Shown here: piece by piece, positions 18,131 to 26,457 of the stretch
Layout: the number at the start of each line of letters is the position of its first letter
How positions within the stretch are numbered: position 1 is the stretch's first letter
Notes under the pieces: model-generated
Told to the model about the DNA's origin: nothing
The model's database searches: none
The model's input: the letters and a program-made list of their open reading frames with translations, nothing else
NCBI RefSeq assembly: GCF_000011325.1
Contig: NC_003450.3
Coordinates: forward strand, 1,320,001 to 1,352,000
DNA from: Corynebacterium glutamicum ATCC 13032
Lineage (GTDB): Bacteria > Actinomycetota > Actinomycetes > Mycobacteriales > Mycobacteriaceae
DNA length: 32,000 nucleotides
Direction: 5' to 3'
Position numbers and translations under genes: made by a program

Positions 18131-20011
18131 GTGAATGTGGCAGCTTCTCAACAGCCCACTCCCGCCACGGTTGCAAGCCGTGGTCGATCCGCCGCCCCTG
18201 AGCGGATGACAGGTGCAAAGGCAATTGTTCGATCGCTCGAGGAGCTTAACGCCGACATCGTGTTCGGTATTCCTGGTGGTGCGGTGCTACCGGTGTATGA
18301 CCCGCTCTATTCCTCCACAAAGGTGCGCCACGTCTTGGTGCGCCACGAGCAGGGCGCAGGCCACGCAGCAACCGGCTACGCGCAGGTTACTGGACGCGTT
18401 GGCGTCTGCATTGCAACCTCTGGCCCAGGAGCAACCAACTTGGTTACCCCAATCGCTGATGCAAACTTGGACTCCGTTCCCATGGTTGCCATCACCGGCC
18501 AGGTCGGAAGTGGCCTGCTGGGTACCGACGCTTTCCAGGAAGCCGATATCCGCGGCATCACCATGCCAGTGACCAAGCACAACTTCATGGTCACCAACCC
18601 TAACGACATTCCACAGGCATTGGCTGAGGCATTCCACCTCGCGATTACTGGTCGCCCTGGCCCTGTTCTGGTGGATATTCCTAAGGATGTCCAGAACGCT
18701 GAATTGGATTTCGTCTGGCCACCAAAGATCGACCTGCCAGGCTACCGCCCAGTTTCAACACCACATGCTCGCCAGATCGAGCAGGCAGTCAAGCTGATCG
18801 GTGAGGCCAAGAAGCCCGTCCTTTACGTTGGTGGTGGCGTAATCAAGGCTGACGCACACGAAGAGCTTCGTGCGTTCGCTGAGTACACCGGCATCCCAGT
18901 TGTCACCACCTTGATGGCTTTGGGTACTTTCCCAGAGTCTCACGAGCTGCACATGGGTATGCCAGGCATGCATGGCACTGTGTCCGCTGTTGGTGCACTG
19001 CAGCGCAGCGACCTGCTGATTGCTATCGGCTCCCGCTTTGATGACCGCGTCACCGGTGACGTTGACACCTTCGCGCCTGACGCCAAGATCATTCACGCCG
19101 ACATTGATCCTGCCGAAATCGGCAAGATCAAGCAGGTTGAGGTTCCAATCGTGGGCGATGCCCGCGAAGTTCTTGCTCGTCTGCTGGAAACCACCAAGGC
19201 AAGCAAGGCAGAGACCGAGGACATCTCCGAGTGGGTTGACTACCTCAAGGGCCTCAAGGCACGTTTCCCGCGTGGCTACGACGAGCAGCCAGGCGATCTG
19301 CTGGCACCACAGTTTGTCATTGAAACCCTGTCCAAGGAAGTTGGCCCCGACGCAATTTACTGCGCCGGCGTTGGCCAGCACCAAATGTGGGCAGCTCAGT
19401 TCGTTGACTTTGAAAAGCCACGCACCTGGCTCAACTCCGGTGGACTGGGCACCATGGGCTACGCAGTTCCTGCGGCCCTTGGAGCAAAGGCTGGCGCACC
19501 TGACAAGGAAGTCTGGGCTATCGACGGCGACGGCTGTTTCCAGATGACCAACCAGGAACTCACCACCGCCGCAGTTGAAGGTTTCCCCATTAAGATCGCA
19601 CTAATCAACAACGGAAACCTGGGCATGGTTCGCCAATGGCAGACCCTATTCTATGAAGGACGGTACTCAAATACTAAACTTCGTAACCAGGGCGAGTACA
19701 TGCCCGACTTTGTTACCCTTTCTGAGGGACTTGGCTGTGTTGCCATCCGCGTCACCAAAGCGGAGGAAGTACTGCCAGCCATCCAAAAGGCTCGAGAGAT
19801 CAACGACCGCCCAGTAGTCATCGACTTCATCGTCGGTGAAGACGCACAGGTATGGCCAATGGTGTCTGCTGGATCATCCAACTCCGATATCCAGTACGCA
19901 CTCGGATTGCGCCCATTCTTTGATGGTGATGAATCTGCAGCAGAAGATCCTGCCGACATTCACGAAGCCGTCAGCGACATTGATGCCGCCGTTGAATCGA
20001 CCGAGGCATAA
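18131..20011 (+). CDS. ilvB: Acetohydroxyacid synthase large (catalytic) subunit
   Basis: 626-aa ORF with a GTG start preceded by aaaggag. The ThDP/FAD enzyme motifs are present ([27 protein letters not shown]), and the sequence matches C. glutamicum IlvB. Confidence 0.97.
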   Translation: MNVAASQQPTPATVASRGRSAAPERMTGAKAIVRSLEELNADIVFGIPGGAVLPVYDPLYSSTKVRHVLVRHEQGAGHAATGYAQVTGRVGVCIATSGPGATNLVTPIADANLDSVPMVAITGQVGSGLLGTDAFQEADIRGITMPVTKHNFMVTNPNDIPQALAEAFHLAITGRPGPVLVDIPKDVQNAELDFVWPPKIDLPGYRPVSTPHARQIEQAVKLIGEAKKPVLYVGGGVIKADAHEELRAFAEYTGIPVVTTLMALGTFPESHELHMGMPGMHGTVSAVGALQRSDLLIAIGSRFDDRVTGDVDTFAPDAKIIHADIDPAEIGKIKQVEVPIVGDAREVLARLLETTKASKAETEDISEWVDYLKGLKARFPRGYDEQPGDLLAPQFVIETLSKEVGPDAIYCAGVGQHQMWAAQFVDFEKPRTWLNSGGLGTMGYAVPAALGAKAGAPDKEVWAIDGDGCFQMTNQELTTAAVEGFPIKIALINNGNLGMVRQWQTLFYEGRYSNTKLRNQGEYMPDFVTLSEGLGCVAIRVTKAEEVLPAIQKAREINDRPVVIDFIVGEDAQVWPMVSAGSSNSDIQYALGLRPFFDGDESAAEDPADIHEAVSDIDAAVESTEA

Positions 20012-20024
20012 GGAGAGACCCAAG

Positions 20025-20543
20025 ATGGCTAATTCTGACGTCACCCGCCACATCCTGTCCGTACTCGTTCAGGACGTAGACGGAATCATTTCCCGCGTAT
20101 CAGGTATGTTCACCCGACGCGCATTCAACCTCGTGTCCCTCGTGTCTGCAAAGACCGAAACACACGGCATCAACCGCATCACGGTTGTTGTCGACGCCGA
20201 CGAGCTCAACATTGAGCAGATCACCAAGCAGCTCAACAAGCTGATCCCCGTGCTCAAAGTCGTGCGACTTGATGAAGAGACCACTATCGCCCGCGCAATC
20301 ATGCTGGTTAAGGTCTCTGCGGACAGCACCAACCGTCCGCAGATCGTCGACGCCGCGAACATCTTCCGCGCCCGAGTCGTCGACGTGGCTCCAGACTCTG
20401 TGGTTATTGAATCCACAGGCACCCCAGGCAAGCTCCGCGCACTGCTTGACGTGATGGAACCATTCGGAATCCGCGAACTGATCCAATCCGGACAGATTGC
20501 ACTCAACCGCGGTCCGAAGACCATGGCTCCGGCCAAGATCTAA
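20025..20543 (+). CDS. ilvN: Acetohydroxyacid synthase small (regulatory) subunit
   Basis: 172-aa product MANSDVTRHILSVLVQDVDGIISRVSGMFTRRAFNL (ACT domain), with aaggagag 8 nt upstream. The track ORF start at 19836 is an in-frame artefact overlapping ilvB. Confidence 0.97.
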   Translation: MANSDVTRHILSVLVQDVDGIISRVSGMFTRRAFNLVSLVSAKTETHGINRITVVVDADELNIEQITKQLNKLIPVLKVVRLDEETTIARAIMLVKVSADSTNRPQIVDAANIFRARVVDVAPDSVVIESTGTPGKLRALLDVMEPFGIRELIQSGQIALNRGPKTMAPAKI

Positions 20544-20618
20544 ACAGCAATTAATCTGATTGCACCTGCTGCATAAATGTGACTAGTCAAACACCGTCTA
20601 ATTACATGTGTGTGGTAG

Positions 20619-21740
<1,122 letters not shown>

Positions 21741-21775
21741 GTTTCACCCCTTTGACGGCTTAACCGCCGCATAGG

Positions 21776-21812
21776 AAATGCCCTCCGGACTAATTGTCTG
21801 GAGGGCATTTTT
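21776..21812 (+). terminator. Rho-independent terminator of ilvBNC
   Basis: Perfect 11-bp stem aaatgccctcc / ggagggcattt with a 13-nt loop, running into ttttt. Confidence 0.85.
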
Positions 21813-21903
21813 GCTACCTGCTGTGCACTTTGTACATAAGGCAACAAGATTTTGGCAAAATGGTGGCCAAAATCAGGAAATCTTGGTGCCGAAAGTACGC
21901 GCG

Positions 21904-21936
21904 GAAGAAAAAGGCCACCCTTTTCAAAGGGCGGCC
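21904..21936 (-). terminator. Rho-independent terminator for the minus-strand ABC ATPase gene
   Basis: On the minus strand, ggccgccc tttgaaaa gggtggcc (1 mismatch) is followed by tttttcttc. It starts 21 nt after the stop at 21957. Confidence 0.65.
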
Positions 21937-21956
21937 TTTAAAAGACGTGTTAGAAA

Positions 21957-22727
21957 CTAGTGCTCCAGCAGATGCAGCATCCGCTTACGCAGGGCTGTGG
22001 TCTCGGCTTCAACAGAAGCGTCTTCACTCAGCTCGTGTCTGGGGCGGGGAAGATTCACTGGAATATCGGTGATGATGGTGGCTTCGGGGCTCTTGGACAT
22101 CACGAGAACTCGGTCGGAGAGCAGGATGGCCTCGTCGACGTCGTGGGTGACCATGACGACGGTGCGGCGGGAGGCTTCCCAAATGTTGAGTAGTTGGAGC
22201 TGGAGTTCGCGGCGGGTGAGGGCGTCGAGGGCGCCGAAGGGTTCGTCGAGAAGCATGATTGGTGGGTCGATGGCGAAGGCGCGTGCGATGCCGACTCGCT
22301 GTTGCATGCCGCCGGAGAGGCGGGCGGGGCGCCGTTCGGCGGCGTCGGTGAGGCCTACTTGTTCGAGGTGGGTGCGGGTGATGTCGGCGCGTTCGGTTTT
22401 GCTCAAGGAGGGGCGCGCGGAGCGGAGGCCGAAGTCGATGTTGCCGCGTGCGGTCAATCAGGGCAGGAGGGCGTGGTCTTGGAAAACCATGCCTCGGTCA
22501 GGTCCTGGTCCTTTAATTTCTTCGTTGCCTGCGCTGACTGTGCCGGTGGATGGGGAGGCCAGTCCGGCGATCATTTTGAGAATTGTTGATTTTCCGCAGC
22601 CGGAAGGGTCGAGGAGGGAGACGAATTCACCGTCGTTGATGGTGATGCTCGTATCGCCAATGATAGTGGTGGAGCCGTAGGACTTGGTGATCGTATTCAG
22701 CTCGACGGAAGCGTTTGGTTTAGTCAT
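21957..22727 (-). pseudogene. ABC transporter ATP-binding protein (nitrate/sulfonate/taurine type) interrupted by an in-frame TGA
   Basis: The two track ORFs (22458-22727 and 21957-22457) are in the same frame. The junction reads ...VFQDHALLP-TGA-LTARGNIDFGL, where this family has a conserved Trp (TGG). The Walker A reads LLDPSGCGKST rather than the usual LLGPSGCGKST. The signature LSGGMQQR and Walker B IMLLDEP are intact. Confidence 0.8.
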
Positions 22728-22810
22728 AGCGAACTACTTTCTGCAACTCACCGATGAGGTGGTCAAGGATTAAGCCGGTGATGCCGATGATTACGACGGT
22801 CCATCCAGCA
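22720..22810 (-). pseudogene. 3'-terminal remnant of the ABC permease gene
   Basis: The minus-strand frame reads ...(AGWT)VVIIGITGLILDHLIGELQKVVRYD*, typical of the last TM/C-terminus of SsuC/TauC-type permeases. Its stop overlaps the ATPase start (TATGACTAA). Its upstream part runs into the 3' end of the binding-protein ORF. No other permease sequence is present. Confidence 0.6.
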
Positions 22811-23675
22811 ACGTGGCAGGCTGGTTGAGGTATTTTTCCTGCGACAGCGTGCGTGCCGAGGAATCAAATTGTGCCGGATTGCTCAAAATTGCGGAGGCTT
22901 CCTCCAGCGCATTAAGCACACCCTGAGCCGCCGTGGGGTGTTCAGCTTTCCACTCTTTGGCCATCGCCACGGCGCAGCATGGATGTTTGTCCCACAGTTG
23001 TTTGGTCAGCAGCCAAATCCGGCCGGAGCCATTGCTGATGGCGCGTTCATTAAACGGCCCAGGCCCAATGAATCCATCGATGCCCTCAACTGTCAATTGT
23101 GCGACCATATCGGCAGGTCGGAGCAGGCGAAGCTCAAGATCGGCGATGGGATCAACTGCGTTTGAGACGAGATAATCGCGCAGGAGCAGCGCATGGACTG
23201 AATATTCAAAAGGAATTCCCAGCACCATGCCTTTAAGATCCGCCGCTGAATTGACGGAACCATAGTGCTTTGACGCCAAGGTAATTGCTTGCCCATTGGT
23301 GTTCTGGGTAAACGACAGCTCCGTCGGGCGCGACGCGTTGGTCACTCCAGCATTAATCGCCACAGTCATCGGCGACAGCATGTGCGCAACATCAAGCTGC
23401 TCTGTTGCATAGGCGGTCCACAGGTCGGACCAGCCTGAGTACTTCTTCAACGTGACATTCACGCCGTGTTTCTTAAACAGCCCTAGCGCATCTGCGATAG
23501 CAATCGGCGCCGAGCCCGCAATAGGCACGTAGCCAATGGTCAGGGGAGTGTTATCCGCAGGTTCATTATTGCTTGTCGACGTCACGTAGCGGGCCGCTCC
23601 GGCCAATGCGGTGCTCAAGGACGCAAAAGCGCCCAGTTGCAGAAAACGCCTGCTGTCGAAGAGGATATGTGTCAC
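22791..23675 (-). CDS. ABC transporter substrate-binding protein (NMT1/SsuA/TauA-like) with a Tat-type signal; 3' end possibly altered by the permease deletion
   Basis: 294-aa ORF with the N-terminal SRRFLQLGAFASL twin-arginine signal. The mature part has PLTIGYVPIAGSAPIAIADALGLFKKHGVNVTLKKYSGWSDL, typical of this family. Confidence 0.7.
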   Translation of the reverse strand: MTHILFDSRRFLQLGAFASLSTALAGAARYVTSTSNNEPADNTPLTIGYVPIAGSAPIAIADALGLFKKHGVNVTLKKYSGWSDLWTAYATEQLDVAHMLSPMTVAINAGVTNASRPTELSFTQNTNGQAITLASKHYGSVNSAADLKGMVLGIPFEYSVHALLLRDYLVSNAVDPIADLELRLLRPADMVAQLTVEGIDGFIGPGPFNERAISNGSGRIWLLTKQLWDKHPCCAVAMAKEWKAEHPTAAQGVLNALEEASAILSNPAQFDSSARTLSQEKYLNQPATLLDGPS

Positions 23676-23772
23676 GATTGCAGCATCCTTAAATCAGGTG
23701 CCATACCGAGTGTTCTTTGAATTTGAATAGGCTAGTCTGTATTCATTAGGCGATGTCTTGTGAGATTAGTAA

Positions 23773-24833
23773 ATGGCCACAGCTCTAGCCCCTTATCCAC
23801 TTGACTCCCCGGTTCTAGAAAAAGACCTCATCGACACAGTGGTTGCTAACGCAAAAGCTGTAGACAAAGCAGAACTTGATGCCCGCTACATCCTGAAACT
23901 CCTTGCGGAGCAGGGGAAGATCAGCGTTGGAGCCCTCGCAACACCGACGGTAGCCTCTTGGAAATGGCGCGCATCGTGCGTGAGCTTTCCCGCTAGGACC
24001 TGTCTACTGCCTTCACTTTGTGCGAACACCGCATGACCTTGGATTACTTCAAGGCATCCGGCACTGACTATGCTTTGGGATTGGCTGCAGAGTCGGAAGG
24101 GGCACGACGCACTGGTATCACCGGCATGGCGAGTGCATTCAAGGAGTTTGCTGGTTGTGGTGAGATCGACCTTGAAGCAACCAGGGTAGAAGGTGGCCTC
24201 AAAGTTAGTGGAAAGCTTCGTTGGGCTTCCAACTTGTGCGAAGATCCAGTGATTGTGCCTGCTGCAAAGACCGCAGAGGGCTTACAACTACTGTTCGCAT
24301 TGGGCGCAGAAACCGAAGGTGTCACCCTCGGTTCTTCACTTGCTCTACTCGGTTTGAACGCAACTGCTTGCGCTTGGGTGAGCTTTGAGGATGTCTTCAT
24401 TCCTGGGGCTCAGATTCTAAGCCACGATTTCCTTACCTTGTGGCATCGGTGCGCCCAACCTTCGTGATCCTACGGATCTCCGAATACTTCGGTGTCGCTG
24501 AAGCTGCGATTAATGCAGCCACTGGACGTCTGACCAGCCTCAGCGAAGTGTTTATCGACAACGCTGCCGAGATCCAAGACAACCTTTCTTCGCTGGTCGC
24601 GCTTCAGAAAGATTTGGCAGAGCGAGTCAACGTTGAAGGAGTCAATCCTGTTACTCCAGTTGATCTACTGGAACTTCGCCTCGGTTCCGCGCAGCTGGCC
24701 GTTGCTGCAACTGCCATTGAGGTTCGTGTTGCTGGAGGAGCAGGTTATGTAAAGTCTTCATCAACGTCTCGTCGTTTCCGTGTTGAAATGGGAGCTTGCA
24801 CGGGTCCGTGATCTACAGGCCACGCAAAACTAA
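23773..24833 (+). pseudogene. Acyl-CoA-dehydrogenase-fold protein (probable flavin-reductase-dependent monooxygenase), disrupted
   Basis: The homology runs through three track ORFs in frames 1, 3 and 2 (23773-24036, 24018-24467, 24440-24811). It then shifts again to end at LKWELARVRDLQATQN* (TAA at 24831-24833). An in-frame TAG at 23994-23996 (ELSR*DLSTAF) adds a nonsense lesion. The middle-domain motif ATRVEGGLKVSGKLRWASN and ...WVSFEDVFIPGAQIL are typical of the ACAD fold. Confidence 0.7.
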
Positions 24834-24934
24834 ATCACTTTAAATATCAACACCCTGTTCACTGTCTGGTGCTTTTTGGGCAGCGGATGGGGTGTTTGTT
24901 CTTCTTATTCAAGTTTTTGGAAAGATAATTAACT

Positions 24935-25423
24935 ATGACTTTAAAAACAGTAAACGGAACGCAGCTGCGAGACACTGTCGGATCGTTCCCTTCAGGTGTC
25001 ACGGTGGTCACCACTACCGATGGGGAAGTGGACCACGGGTTGACTGTGAGTGCGTTCGTGTCCTTGTCGTTGGAGCCTGCCATGGTGTTGGTGAGTATCG
25101 ATAAGAAATCAAGCGTTGTGCCGTTTTTGGAGCAGGGTTCACCAGTTGCTGTGTCTGTGTTATCGGAAGAGCAGAGCGATTTGGCCATCACATTTGGCCG
25201 TCATCTGGAAAACAAATTCGACGGCGTTTCCATTAAGCGTTCAACAAACAGGGCAGCGGTCTTGGAAGGTGCGTCAGCATGGTTGAGTGGCGCTGTGGTG
25301 GATAAATACCCAGGTGGAGATCACTTTATTATCACCATTGCCGTGGAAGAGTGTGCTCACGACGAGGAGCAAAAGCCACTTCTTTACCACCGTGGCAGGC
25401 TTTTTCAGTGGCAAGAAGATTAA
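24935..25423 (+). CDS. Flavin reductase (NAD(P)H:FMN oxidoreductase, RutF/HpaC-like)
   Basis: 162-aa ORF with FRDTVGSFPSGVTVVTT...HGLTVSAFVSLSLEPAMVLVSI, the canonical flavin_reduct domain. It appears intact. Confidence 0.85.
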   Translation: MTLKTVNGTQLRDTVGSFPSGVTVVTTTDGEVDHGLTVSAFVSLSLEPAMVLVSIDKKSSVVPFLEQGSPVAVSVLSEEQSDLAITFGRHLENKFDGVSIKRSTNRAAVLEGASAWLSGAVVDKYPGGDHFIITIAVEECAHDEEQKPLLYHRGRLFQWQED

Positions 25424-25439
25424 TTCTCCACCCCTTCAT

Positions 25440-25460
25440 TTTCAATAAGCTTTCAATAAG
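25440..25460. promoter_or_regulatory. Tandem direct repeat TTTCAATAAG-c-TTTCAATAAG upstream of the CDF transporter gene
   Basis: Two exact 10-mers at 25440-25449 and 25451-25460, lying 26-46 nt upstream of the ATG at 25486. Any function is inferred only from position. Confidence 0.35.
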
Positions 25461-25485
25461 GGGAGAAGTGTGCTTAGCTGGGGTC

Positions 25486-26442
25486 ATGGAAAGCCACGAT
25501 CTTCAGCAGCGCAGTTATGCGCACAATCCCGATGGCCACGACCACAGCCATGACGGACTCGGACACTCACATGCTCCCAGCTCCCTCAAGGCTCTTTTTG
25601 CGGTCATCATTTTCACCTCGATCATCTTCCTAGCGGAACTAATCGCCGGCCTTATTTCCGGATCTTTGGCACTGCTGGCTGACGCCATGCACATGCTGTC
25701 CGACTCCACTGGCTTGATCATTGCGGCTGTCGCCATGCTCATTGGCCGTCGGGCACGCACTTCTCGTGCGACCTACGGATACAAGCGTGCGGAAGTCTTG
25801 GCAGCGATGGTTAACGCCACCGTTGTTACAGCACTGTCTGTGTGGATCGTCGTTGAGGCCATCATGCGTCTGGGCAAGGACCTGGAAATCCAGACCAACC
25901 TGATGCTCATCGTCGCGGTCATTGGTTTTGTCACCAACGGAATTTCCGCCCTGGTGTTGATGCGCCACCAAGATGGCAATATCAATATGCGTGGAGCATT
26001 CCTTCACGTTCTCAGTGACATGCTGGGTTCCGTTGCCGTCATTATTGCGGGCCTGGTGATTCGCTACACGGGATGGATGCCGGCCGATACCATTGCTTCG
26101 ATTGCGATTGCTGCGATTATTATTCCTCGCGCATTCAGCCTCCTGAAGGAAGCTCTCAATATCTTGTTGGAGCGTGTTCCTACAGGTGCGGAGCCTGCAG
26201 AGGTCGACGCAGCCCTTCGTAAAGTCCCAGGTGTCAGCGATGTGCATGATCTTCACATTTGGAGCATTGACGGCAAGGAAATCCTGGCCACGGTGCATTT
26301 GGTGGTGGATTCGTCTACAAATCAGCTGCATAGTTGTGGCGTGTTGGATCGGGCAGAAGCGGAACTATCCAAACTTGGGATCTTGCACTCAACAATTCAG
26401 CTGGAAAGCGCAGATCACAGTGATCATGAAAGTGTGTGCTGA
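25486..26442 (+). CDS. Cation diffusion facilitator (CzcD/ZitB-like Zn/Co/Cd efflux protein)
   Basis: His-rich N-terminus (HNPDGHDHSHDGLGHSH), six TM helices, the HMLSD and HVLSD metal-site motifs, and a C-terminal VHDLHIWS domain. It probably corresponds to the Zur-controlled CDF gene called zrf in C. glutamicum; I am not certain of that symbol. The start is either the ATG at 25486 or the GTG at 25468; the track start at 25351 overlaps the flavin reductase. Confidence 0.85.
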   Translation: MESHDLQQRSYAHNPDGHDHSHDGLGHSHAPSSLKALFAVIIFTSIIFLAELIAGLISGSLALLADAMHMLSDSTGLIIAAVAMLIGRRARTSRATYGYKRAEVLAAMVNATVVTALSVWIVVEAIMRLGKDLEIQTNLMLIVAVIGFVTNGISALVLMRHQDGNINMRGAFLHVLSDMLGSVAVIIAGLVIRYTGWMPADTIASIAIAAIIIPRAFSLLKEALNILLERVPTGAEPAEVDAALRKVPGVSDVHDLHIWSIDGKEILATVHLVVDSSTNQLHSCGVLDRAEAELSKLGILHSTIQLESADHSDHESVC

Positions 26443-26457
26443 TATAGAGTATGTCCC

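Noticed and set aside
19836-20024. N-terminal extensions offered by the track for ilvN (19836), the BASS transporter (3449), the F420-family reductase (6372), the DUF1524 nuclease (11060) and the CDF exporter (25351)
   Set aside because: Each extension overlaps an upstream gene or lacks a ribosome-binding site. An internal start with a good Shine-Dalgarno or a known N-terminus fits better.
22458-22460. TGA as programmed selenocysteine or another recoding event
   Set aside because: The family has Trp, not Cys/Sec, at this position. I see no SECIS-like hairpin immediately downstream. The gene also carries a Walker A substitution and sits in a locus full of other lesions, so a simple nonsense mutation is the more economical reading.
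21997-22680. 227-aa plus-strand ORF, and the 131-aa ORF at 22194-22589
   Set aside because: Both are antisense to the ABC ATPase (pseudo)gene, with Arg/Ser/Met-rich composition. They are shadow ORFs.
25639-26331. 230-aa minus-strand ORF
   Set aside because: It is antisense to the CDF transporter. It is a shadow ORF.
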